Assembly: GCA_051942245.1 (NCBI GenBank)
Contig: JAVECL010000015.1
Span: 62,001 to 110,588 of the forward strand
DNA from: Trypethelium eluteriae
Taxonomy: Eukaryota
Reading direction: 5' to 3'
Length of the DNA stretch: 48,588 nt
The notes under the pieces: generated by a model
The model's database searches: none
What the model saw: only the letters and a program-made list of their open reading frames with translations
Told to the model about the DNA's origin: nothing
In this document: piece after piece, positions 24,807-36,566 of the stretch
Numbering within the stretch: the first letter of the stretch is position 1
Layout of the letters: each line of letters opens with the position of its first letter
Program-made: the position numbers and the translations under genes

Positions 24807-26656
24807 ATGACAAACACCTATCCAACTTTGACCCAGTGTGCAGTGGTCGCCACGGCACTGAAAATCCTCCTTTTTCCGGCATAGTATGTTTCCACACTGA
24901 AAATCACATCTTCCGCTATGAACACCTGGCTTACCAGGACAGTAAATCGACCGATTTCGAAGTCCATAGGAATTGGTTGGCTCTGACGCATTCTCTTCCT
25001 GTCAAGGAATGGTACTTTGAGGTATGTTCGAAGCCGAGTTTTTCTCAAAATCGCAGATCATCTTCTCGTCCGTTATCATCGGTTTTGCAGTCCATGCTAC
25101 TACGTCTTCATTCGTTGTAAAAGCAACCGGACACTTTAGCATGGCTTGTTCGTTATCTCAGGGTAGAAGAAAATGCGCTAATGTAGAGTAGAAAACGTCT
25201 GAATGGACATTAGACTATCCACCCTTCTTCGCCTATTTTGAGTGGATCCTATCACAGGCTGCTGCTTTTATTGAGCCAGACTTGTTGAGCGTGAAGAATG
25301 TCAACTACGACAGCTGGCAGACTGTCTTCTTCCAGAGATCGACCGTCGTGTTGGCCGAGACGGTCCTCATCTATGCCCTCCACTTATTCGTACGCAAGTC
25401 TCCACCCGACTCAAGGAGAAACGCCCAGGCCGCTGCGCTTTCCATCCTCCTCTCTCCAGGTCTTCTAATAATCGATCATATCCATTTCCAATACAATGGA
25501 TTTCTCTATGGAGTTCTCATTCTGTCCCTAGTGCTTGCGAAAGGTCCATCTCCGAGCCTACTCCAAAGTGGCCTACTGTTTGCCGGGCTCCTCTGCCTAA
25601 AGCACATTTATCTCTATTTGGCACCAGCCTACTTTGTCTACCTACTTCGTGTCTATTGCTTAAGCCCAAGATCCATCTTCCGCATTCAGTTCCAAAACTG
25701 CATCAAGCTAGGCTTAGGCATCGGTGCCATAGCGGTGGCCGCATTCGGACCTTTTGCCTTCTGGCGTCAGGTCGACCAGCTCACGGCCAGATTATTCCCC
25801 TTCTCTAGAGGACTGACCCACGCATACTGGGCGCCCAACGTGTGGGCAATGTACTCATTCAGTGACAGGGTCCTGATATATGGTAGGCGTAGCTCCCAGT
25901 GTTACAGCAAGATATATATTGAAATTGTCGGTAGTCGCGCCGTATATTGGCATCCCTGTAAACAAAGATGCTGTACAAAGCCTGACACGAGGTCTTGTCG
26001 GTGATACCCAGTTTGCGGTGCTGCCCGATGTCACTCCCAGAATGACGTTCATATTGACGCTGGCCTTTCAGACCGTGAGTTCTCAACTGATGCTCACATG
26101 AACGTAGATTGCTGGGGTGCTAATGTTGGAACAGCTATGTCTCGTTAAATTATGGGTGAAACCAACATGGGATATTTTCATCGGTACCGTCAGCCTGTGT
26201 GGATACGCCTCCTTCCTATTTGGCTGGCACGTCCACGAGAAAGCGATCCTACTAGTAATCATCCCCTTCAGTCTCCTCGCTCTTAAGGATCGAAGATATC
26301 TCGGAGCTTTCAGGCCTCTTGCCGTATCAGGTCATGTTTCTTTATTTCCGCTACTCTTTACGGCGTCCGAGTGGCCAGTCAAAGTGGTCTACACAATATT
26401 TTGGCTCATTCTCTTCCTGTTTGCTTTTGATCGGCTCGCGCCTCCGTCACGTCAGCCAAGAGTCTTCTTACTGGATCGGTTTTCGGTGCTGTACATTGCT
26501 GTAGCAATCCCGCTCATCGCTTACTGCTCTCTGGTCCACCAATCGATCTTTGGTGAGAAATATGAGTTTTTGCCGCTTATGTTCACGAGTTCCTACTCGG
26601 CCTTAGGGGTGGTCGGTAGTTGGCTTGGCTTCATGGTCGTTTATTTTACATCATAG
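24807..26656 (+). CDS. ALG8: Dolichyl-P-Glc alpha-1,3-glucosyltransferase Alg8
   Basis: Spliced [84 protein letters not shown]; four introns. An alternative in-frame ATG lies at 24789. Confidence 0.95.
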
Positions 26657-27613
26657 ATTACCTGGGCATGTTTCGTCGAGCGATTCATTGGCGAATGATT
26701 TTCTAGACAGGGACAGAGGAAAGACAATCATATTTCCGTCTCAATATAGGCATGACCGTTCCAGACAATAATCCGTCAGGACCCTGATAGCTCAAGACCT
26801 GCAATTTTCACGGACTCCGAGTCATCGGCGGTGTCGTGGACATTATTCAATGACACAGGGCCTCAGGCTCAGCCGCAGCATATGAATTGGTAATGGTTGA
26901 GGAAAACCATGAGGATGATACAGGACACTGGTTTTTCCATTTTCCGATTTTGTCAAGTGTCGAGCATCTCAATGAAACACGCTGAGCGAGCTGATCGAAA
27001 TGAGTACAAATACGCGCATGGTGTGATGGGGGAAGGGGTGGAAGTGGGCAGCAGTCGGGTGCTTGGGTGTGTCATGTAGGGGAGGTCGGATTCACGGTGG
27101 AAGATCGTTTACGCTAGGCCTCCGCCGTACATTAAATCCCTGCTCATGATCAACTTCCGCATGCCTTCTCCCACCAGTGCCCGGCCAGGCTCACGGCTTG
27201 CTGTTGTTTCTCTTCCCTTGCCCAGGCGCCCCTCTTTCGTTCCTCCACCGTCCTCCTCTGCTCTTTCAGAATTCACGGAACCTCATCAGAGACGCGCCTC
27301 GGTGCGAAAACATACGCGTCCTCCCACCTCCTACACCCCGCCGCAAACCAAAAAAATACCCATAGTACCGCGACCTACGACCCTCACTCGTGTTCGCACG
27401 CTTACCTCCGGGCCACCACAGCACCCAGACAACTTACCCACGTCGCACCATCCCTTTCATCGCAGCCATCTACTCCACTACTTCCTTCATGCTCCTCCGC
27501 TTGTCCAGGAATACCTATCAGAATATCGAGCTATCTCAGTACCTGAAGCTAGTTTGAGACGGGACCTACCAAGGACTCTGCCGGCCCTGTCAAGGCCAGG
27601 CAATTGAGTCAAA

Positions 27614-30600
27614 ATGGCAAGTATTGCAATCATCTTGCTGAATTCCTCGCTGATCACAAAAGGTTTTATTAAAACGAAAGTCGGTCAAGTTTCTGCCCGT
27701 TCCACACATCCCAGACCAAAATGCAGAAGTACGTTCTGGAACACACTCTTTACCAAGATGAGCAATCTGGCTGACACCCCTGTTTAGATATGGGTCATGC
27801 ACTCGACTGGCGAAATATTCTCTGATTATGAATCATATATACGGAGACTAGATTTCTATAGACAACATGAGTTTACCTGCTCTATTACCGGCCAATCCGG
27901 AATGAATTTCTTTGACGCGTTGGCAAGCGAACGCAATGAGTCGAGGACAGTGGATGACCGTTTCCCTGAGCCCTTGAAAGAGCCGGTCTTACGCAAGATA
28001 CAATTCTCCACCATCTCTAGAATGGAGGACTTGGTCAACCACATCTTTGAAGAATTCAGGCAAGATTTCTTTCCAGGAGAACAAGTGACAGTCGTCATGG
28101 ATGATGGAGAGAGATTCGACGGTGTTGTTCGAGAAAAGGCTAGTTTTTCGGAGCAGAGACGACCAGACGGAGAGGTCGTGCGCCAGGCCTTTTCCCGCTA
28201 CTTTGTCAAACTCAATGACCGGCCGATGGAGGAGGCGCTAATGGATAATGAACACGTTGTTCGCAGTCGAAAAGTCTTCTCCAAACATATGTTACGCATC
28301 CTTCTAAAGAACTCTCTAACACGCGAGCCGTGGGCTGGTGCCCCTTGGGTGCTCAAAGAAAAGATCGCGATCGAGTACAAGATACCAACGGAAATACCCC
28401 CACATTTACAACAAGAGAATAGGCAAGCAGAAAGAAAAGCAAATTTGGCAATGCGCAGGGAAGAGCAGGAAGGCACCTTCTTCCAGTTCTATGCCAATCA
28501 ACAACAGCAGCAACGATTGCCTGAGCTCAAACCTGCAAAAGGTCATCGGGGCAAACTATCACATCAGGAAATGCAGCGGCAGAAACAAATCCAATTACAG
28601 CAATATCAAGACGCCATTGCTACTGGCCAATTCCAAGGTTTTCCAGGCGTTCCCCTACCATATCCACATCAGCCTATTCCGTACGTCGACAATTTTCACC
28701 AGCTACCCATTGTCCAGCAGATTGCAAGTAGACAACCGCAAATGCCTCCACCACCCCCTCCTCCTAAAGGCCCTCTAGACGATCTGGATGTCGCGCCCAA
28801 GCGCAGTGCTACCACCAGACCTCAGCTTAAATTTTGGGTAAAGCCCAAAAATGCACAAAGGGATAGCGACATCAAGACCATTTTTGAGGACAGCGGATTA
28901 GCCATGCGCTCAATTGGACCCCTCCTCGAAACATGGAATACACTCAATGTCCTTTGCGAGCCGTTTCTACTCGATTCCTTCAATCTGGATGACTTTGTCG
29001 ATGCGATGTCACTACCTTCTGATGTGGGCGAGTGCGAGCTCTTGGATGAACTGCATTGCGCTGTGCTTTCTCTATTAGTCGATGAAAGTGGGCAAGTGAA
29101 GGTTTCGCTACCGGAGTTCCAAGAGGACAGCGAGGAAGAGGATGAAGACAGTGAGGCAGATGACAGTGCAGAGTCAACAACGCTACCGGACGCGCCAGCT
29201 CGAAGTACTAGAAGCAGTCTGGCTAAACAAGAAGCAGCTGCGCTAGCAGAAGAAAAAGCAAGGGACTCGCCAGCCAGCAAGTCCCCGAAACACCGAGCTG
29301 CAGAGATGCTAACTGACCAAGGTTGGGTCGAGCGGGCTGCAGCGCGTGAATTTGATGAAGGGGGTTGGCAGACGATACTTGTTGGAATCATTCACCAACT
29401 CTCGCTTCAGCCCAGCCTCAAAGAGGACTGTGAGGTCATTCTTGCACATCTCGCTCCAATGGACGAACAAGCTACTGCAGAGACAGCCCAGAAGCAATAT
29501 GCGACTCTAGATGTCAATCTCAGGGTTGCTATACTTCAAATGATCACCATTTTGGCACCATCGACTCAAGCCGTGCGTGACTACTTAGAAGAGTGCAGCG
29601 AGGAGATGACACAAATGAGAAAGGACAAGATCGAGCAGCAGCGCAAGAAGAAGCCCTTGTAAGTTTTTCTCCTCGCTGGATTCAAAAAAAGACGACTAAT
29701 CGTTTCTTAGAATCGAAGAACTAACCAGCCTCGATCAAAAGCGGAAGATCCTCTTACCATCCAACATGCCCGACTCTGACACCGAAGACACCAAACTCGA
29801 GCCCACCGATGTCGACTTGCAAGCTCCTGGAGCCACCGACCAAGAAGAACTAAACGGCGTTGACGACTCATCCGACGAAGAACCACCAACCCGCTCCCTC
29901 CGCCGTAATAGCGGCCGCGCCCTCGACCGCAAACGCAAGCGCGAAGAAGACCTCGCTCGCAAAGAGAAAGAAAAGAAAGACAAAGAAACCGCCAAGACCT
30001 CGAAGCAATCGGCCGAATTCAAGAAAGTCCTGCGCGACATCGAGAAGAAAAAGACCGAGATCAAAGAATGCGAAGACGCGATCGCAGACCTGGACAACGA
30101 CCTCCGCGAGGCCAATTGCCAGCGCACGAGACCCTTGGGCCGCGACCGCTTCTGGAACCGGTACTGGTGGTTCGAGCGCAACGGCATGCCGTTCGCTGGC
30201 ATGCCGGACTCGTCTACTTCGGCGTGTGGCTATGCAAATGGCCGTATCTGGGTGCAAGGGCCGGCGCCAGAGGAGCGGGAGGGCTTTCTCGAGCTTCCTA
30301 AGGGGGAGGCGGCGACATACGAGGCCGCGCATGGGGTCTCGCTGGTGGAGCGGGAGGAGCGGGACTGTGGGGTGGGCAGTCAGTTGTGGGATGCTGGAGA
30401 GTGGGGGTACTACGACGACCCGGAGGCTCTGGATGCACTGATTGGCTGGTTAGATGAGAGGGGGAAGAGGGAGCGGGAATTGCGGAAGGAGCTGCAGAGT
30501 TGGCGGGACCAGATTGCGACGCAGATGGGAGCAATGAAAGCGCATCTAGAGGAGAGGGAGAAGAGGCGGTTAGAGGCGGAAGAGGAGGCGGAGACTGGAG

Positions 30601-30866
30601 TGGTGACGAGGCATGGGAGGCGCGATGTGGAGAAGGATTTGGATCTCAAGAGGCACCCATGTTTGGAGTGGCACAATGGATCAGCGATAAGAGAATTGGG
30701 CAGAAGGCATGCGGTTTCTGCGAACGGGGGAAAGAGGAAGAAGGCGAAGAAGAAGGGGGTAGCGGAGGTGGTGGGGAGCAAGAAGAAGAAGGCGCTGGAG
30801 GTCGAACAAGAGCCAGTTAAGACGAAGAAGGTAGAGACAAGGAGCACTCGGAGTGGAAAGAGATGA
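27614..30866 (+). CDS. ITC1: ISW2 chromatin-remodelling complex subunit Itc1 (WAC, DDT, WHIM/WSD domains)
   Basis: ATG exon, GC-AG intron 27617-27662, VLLKRKSV.., intron 27729-27787, WAC (TGEIFSDYESY..FTCSITG..FFDAL), DDT (LLETWNTLNVLCEPFLLDSF), intron 29659-29710, WSD (LGRDRFWNRYWWFE, LIGWLDERGKRE). Confidence 0.9.
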
Positions 30867-31297
30867 ATAGGCTTCACAACATCTCTTATCTCTGACAGCG
30901 AGGTTACCGAATGGTATTGTGGATTACGGTTTGGATTTGTCCAGCGGCGTTGGAAATGTAGAAAGGTGATGATCCTTTTCTAAGCGGGAATGCCGGTCAA
31001 TTTGGATGATCTTATGGTGGAAGCCCCATCGGCTTCTTTTGTCTACCTTAGTCTCAACTTTGCATAGCGGTGCATCACGACGGTGTTGTTTGCATTTAGA
31101 TTTATACGCTGCGCATGCGTGGCAACGTCATCTATGTCCGCATAGAGATAGTCGAGGTAGCATCCCATCAATGACATGGTGCTTTACATTTCGAATGAAG
31201 TACAGAGTCATACACTATCCGAGGTATCTTTCTATAGAGGGTAGAGGTGAGAGGTCAAGACCAATCACATAGGAAGTTTGCCGGAGTAAGGTATGTG

Positions 31298-31533
31298 CAC
31301 GCGGTTGACAAAAAAACCCGCACACCGCAACTGGGGGGTGCCTCGCCAGAAAAGCAGCCACACCTGTAGACTACCTCTATAAGGTATGAATTATGATTCA
31401 ATAATCTCTTGAGTCTAAAAGGTGGTAACTGTGTAACAGCAGACAAGCCTAATGTACATATATGACCTTTTCTGTCTACTGCGTATGAAGCACCCCCCAG
31501 TTTTGGTGTGCGGGTTTTCCTGTCAACCGCGTG
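31298..31533. mobile_element. 236-bp MITE-like element with 44-bp terminal inverted repeats
   Basis: Left 31298-31341 CACGCGGTTGACAAAAAAACCCGCACACCGCAACTGGGGGGTGC matches the reverse complement of 31490-31533 at 40/44. AT-rich non-coding interior; no clean TSD. Confidence 0.75.
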
Positions 31534-34319
31534 GGTATGCAAGTGTCTGCATAAAGCTCGGCTAAAACAATTCAGCATTATTGCCCTAGAAGCTTTTGAG
31601 CAACTTACGATCCCAAAGAATGCTTTTCTCCCACGCGGAGGAAGTCTTCAAAATCTGCAAAAATCTAAACATTACGTGGCAAGACGAGTCGCTCAGTGGT
31701 CGTCCTTGTAATCGACGAAAGTAGAAAGGAACCTTGCAGATGACTCAATCGAGGCTAAGGGTCACAATAGGATGGAATGAGTTGAGGATTGTGGTCTGTT
31801 GCTATCCTAGTAGACTCAGCTCAGTAGCTTCTTTGGAAAATTATAACAGTTATATCTATTGTATTGGTGCTACTCTGTAGAACCGTGTTAAAGCGCGTAC
31901 TTGTCCTCATATCTATTCTCATCTCTGCTCTCGTCTCTGCTCTCTGTTCTCTGCTCGGTCCATCCGGAGTCCGTGTCTATGCAGAGGTCTATGTATATAC
32001 AGAGGTCGTTTTGTTGTGGGAATTCGATTTGCGAAGATGGGGGGAAAGAAAGCTATTGAAGACTGATGCAGATTGTAAATAGGAAGCTACTTAGGTCTGT
32101 GGAGCAGATGGAAGGCAAAGAAACACACTAGTTCCAATAAGATAAGAATCATCAAGATCCCTGCTTCCACTGTCTTCAAACGAAAACCAGCAGATGGAAG
32201 AGTCGCATGGGAGCTTCCACTACTTCGGAAGCTAGATTTATTTGGACACCAACATACATAATATCAGCCTCGTTGCGTCGCATAATTACTTCTCATACTC
32301 TAGCGGAGGTTGCCGCAGGACACTCTTCCTCCATATTCGCATTTTTTCTCTACTTTACTCACGTGGGTTTCCCCCGATCTCTAATCCCCCCCAAATTAGA
32401 ACACGTAGCTAGACTCACAAGGACATGACTTCCCCTTGCACGCTTGATTTGAACTTCAAAGACGACTTCGGTGATCTAATAGAGGTAATAGACTTCTCGA
32501 CATCGGTATGGCTGGCACTGGATGCTGCTTTGCAGCTCCTAAGCCAGACGTAGCTACCTCCATATTTGGGCTACTGGCCACCGCTGTTCCATCTCGTATA
32601 TCGCATCGTGAGGATATCCATTGACTGCTGCCGTGTCTATACTATCACCATTACCAACGTCTCTGGGAAATTTTTGGCGACGTGACCTGAGCCAGAGGAT
32701 CCATCGACTATCACGGCGACTTCCGACGGTGTTGTCATGTTCTTGTTGGGAAGCCGTATCAACAAGTGTGTACCCTAGCTTCAGAAGTCCAGCACATTTC
32801 ATCCCAAGCTTCGACAAATCGTTTATCATCAGCGTTCCAGTACCCTTGGGTTTACCAGGTTATGGCGCATACACTGGTGGTTGAAACACACGAAAATAAG
32901 GTGGAGGATGCGGTTCATCCCTGATTTGACCAAAAGTATCTAAATGAGCCGTATAGGGGCTGATCGATACACTGAGGATGGAGGCTCTTCGACTAGAAGG
33001 CCCAGCATCCAGGTGCACGGTCCATTGTGCATTGCCTTCCAATTTCGTGTGCCCGGCATTGCTCTTTGCTAACCCGATTGGTCCTTCACCGAAGAGAGGT
33101 CTTAGCATCCTTGGTTCAGTGCTGATAGCAGTGGTCGGTCTTTCCATTTGGCCCATTTGTAGGCGTCGGTGGGACAATTGGTACAGGCGAGCTGGACAGG
33201 GGTGAAGAATCACAGGACGAAGCCACCATTCCTTGTTGTAGGTGCGGTCAACGTCACGATAAAGTAGTGTTTGAGGGTCAGAGGGTTTGCGCTTCGATCT
33301 CTCCAGGAGAAGTAGCTGAAGCAGTGTTGTTTTTGGCTCCAACTCTGTTACTTATATTCATGGCCACATTCTGGTAGTTGATGGGGGTGCTTCACTGGCG
33401 CTCTCAAATACGCCACCGTTCGGGGTGTGAAGAGGAAAAGCACGATTTTAGAGGAGTAAGTTAGCAGGGCGGACCAGATTAATGCAGCTGCTAACACTAC
33501 TTCAGGGCGCATCGTGGAAAGGCCTGTTGCCCGTCAATTCTAACAAATATTCAAAGACAAGGCGTCATCTCCGATTATCCGCCGCGGTAGATACTCGGGA
33601 TATTCCGCGGATTGATATCTGGCTATGGCTCTTCATATAAGTGGGAAGATCCAATGGACCATATCCTGTTCTTGGAAAAGTGCGGTAGAGTACCCTAATA
33701 CGCATAGATCGATCTGGAACGTCGCATGTTTTGCTTGGACAAATGAGCTGCTTCAGCTCCCCAGAGATCCCGATTCTGGGGATGATGTCTGAATCTGCTG
33801 TTTTACTCGGAATCCTCACTGAAACCATCACTCCGTGTCTCAAAGCGAATCAGATTGATGCTTTGAAGAAGTGAAAGAGCTGATCCCGCGGAGAACATGC
33901 ATAGCGATATCTTGATGATGTCCCTGTTGTTAAAAGTATGAAGCGAGTTGACCTTGTGGTTGAATTCTTGAGGTATCTACCTAGGTATATATGTTTGGGG
34001 CTGGGTAAGTTTCCTCAGCTGTACTACATCTCATTCAGATGGTTTCAAATTGAGTTTCCGCGTATCGACCGAACTGCGAAATTATGCCTGCAGAGCCCAG
34101 GCCGCGGCCTATGTATGATCTATTCAATTGGCGAACATGTTAGACATGTGTACGTAGATGCTCCCAATTTGACATCCATAGCCCCACACACAACAGGAGT
34201 CATTGAAACCAGAACCGTAGCTATAAGTCTTGCCCCTACCGTAGATTCTTCATGATTGCCATCTCTGCGATATTTTATACATGATACTTGCTTTCCATCA
34301 ACCTGTGTACTTCTAAGAC

Positions 34320-35232
34320 ATGGGGACATCCACGCTGACGTCGCTGAAACCATGTTACTCTTCGTCAGGAGAACTAGCCGGCGATTATCCATGCGACCCA
34401 TTTGCAGAGATCAGTACATGTTGCGGAGCGTCGTCAGTCTGTGCTGAAAATGTTTACTGTATCGATGGACAGGGACATTACAGAGTAGGGACCTGCACTT
34501 TTGAGGATTGGGGTATATATCATAACCCCGGGTGCCCTTGTCCACCTGGTAATTGGATGGCCCAGAAATCGGATATGCCATGCGCCAGCTAACATAGACA
34601 ACATAGTGTACCAACGAACTGGTCCACCTGACTATCGAGACGGCGTTACATTCTGTGACGATGGTAGCTTTTGTTGTGGCCCGCAAAATCTTACTTGTTG
34701 CCAAAATCGCCAGGGTTATGCTGTTATCAACTACGGCAATACAGCAACTGTACCGAGTTCTAGCGAAGCATTATCATCATACTATGAAAATCTTCACGTC
34801 TCAACGATTCCTACCTTACAAATTTCGCAGCTGGCCACCGATCAATCGAATATACCTACAAGTAGCTACGTCTCACAACTTTCGTCGACGACCAGGAGCA
34901 GTGCAGTCGTGCAAACAAGCAGTCTCATGGCAGCAATACCTGATGGCCCGCAGCATCAAAGCGTATCCTTGAGAACGAAATTGGGAGTTGCTATTGGCGC
35001 TGCCTTTGGCTTCGGCATCATTCTCGCCGCGGCGATCTTGCTGTACCGAAGATACACTAGACTGGCTGAAGAGAACAGGAGTATGAGACATGAGCTATCA
35101 TCTTCCCTGCCTAATGCGAGCCAATATCCAGCTCATACTACTATTAAGCGGGATACCGTGCAGAAGGTGTACGAAACTGATAGTTCAAGCCGACAAGAAC
35201 TGCATGGGTCGAGCCGCCATGAGCTCTACTAG
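34320..35232 (+). CDS. Cys-rich ectodomain + S/T-rich stalk + single TM membrane protein (Mid2-like architecture)
   Basis: CYSSSG..YPCDP..STCCG..VC..YC..GTCT..W..CPC, intron 34549-34597 in frame, FCDDGSFCCG..CC, S/T tract, TM LGVAIGAAFGFGIILAAAILLY-RR, C-terminal ELHG..EL motif. No obvious signal peptide. Confidence 0.75.
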
Positions 35233-35473
35233 GTCTGGTCGAGAGTTAAAAACTGTTGTGCATATAAGCTGCATCCAGTGTCTCTGACTTCCAAGGCTAC
35301 GAGGATCTGGGACATGGACTGCCTGGGGTTCTTGATGAGCGCTCGATGCAGCACTGCTTTACAATACTTAAGGGAACAAGTATATCGACGGTGACACAGC
35401 TGCTGGGAAGGCTGATATTTAAACCGTCGTCCAGGCCAAGCAAATGGATTGCGAGTATGCAAAATCGAGAGAT

Positions 35474-35941
35474 CTATTCAGATCTCATCAAGCAGATCCA
35501 CTTCATACTATAGTTAGACGAGGAGGCACCTAAAAGCTTCTTAAGAACCGTACTAGATCGTAGACGAGAGCAGCGGTCGTACCGAGAGGCACGTTCTTGG
35601 TATCGCTCTATTGTCTGGTCAAAAAAGCTCTCAAATATTGATTCAAAAGGCGACGTGCGAAGCAGCTTACCCTCTTTTTCAATTGCGAGTTGCAGGCAGT
35701 TGTCCTCGTCCTGAGTTAGTGCATATCCGAACCATATGTCCACTTTGTCGGGAGCTTCTCCAAAAGACCTCGCCAATGGGAAGACGAAGAATTTGGACCA
35801 GTAGTTTGCTCCTTGGGAATATAGCTTAACATTTGATCTCTGCTTGACCGACTGGTTCCGTACAACTATTCGGCCAGCCTCCCAGAAGGCCTGTAGGCGT
35901 TTTGCACGATATATAATTAAAACTCTTTTTACGAGACGCAA
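35474..35941 (-). pseudogene. Hypothetical gene fragment
   Basis: 155-codon protein-like frame with no ATG start and no recognisable motif, inside an accessory patch. Confidence 0.25.
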
Positions 35942-36566
35942 GGCATAGAGGACCCAAAAGTCCCAGCCTTAATTGCCCTCGAAATACACGAGCTTTTCGA
36001 AGGCGCGAGTGGAAGCACGGCCTGGAGCGACAATCGGAGCAATTGGCGCAAAGAGAAACAAGTATGAGGCTTCAAGGACCCACCTGCACATGATTTCGGA
36101 GTCGAGCCTAGGTACGGTCAGCTTGGTGGTTTGGAAGATAAATTAAACGGTTGCAATTTTGACGTCTGCAAGACAAGGCTGAAGTGCGAGGCTGAATAAC
36201 TAGAGTCGGTTTTGTCAACAGCCCAGGTTGCCATGTTTGATGTAGCTGGGTCGAAGAGTGTCCTGGTAAGATAGATTGGCTGGAAGAGATATGGCCTGGC
36301 TACCTAACATCCATCTCGACCCCATTCGAGTTTCTCCCGTAGAAGAAATGCAGTTTCACGACAACTGAACTGCTGAGGTGGCACGGGTGGGCAAATCGAG
36401 TTGAAGCTCGAGCGAGGCGTGGTGACGTACCCCGCTAGTGGGCTCAGGTACGGGAAGCTCGCAGCTGCTCTTCCAGCCATCCAACAGATACCTCAGTTAA
36501 TCTCGGCCTCTTTTCCTTTTGGCAGGCTACACTCGCTACTGTCGCATATAGGTTGCGACTTTCAAG

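Noticed and set aside
27146..27607. 153-aa Pro-rich ORF upstream of ITC1
   Set aside because: Explained by the C-rich promoter/leader composition; no domain signal.
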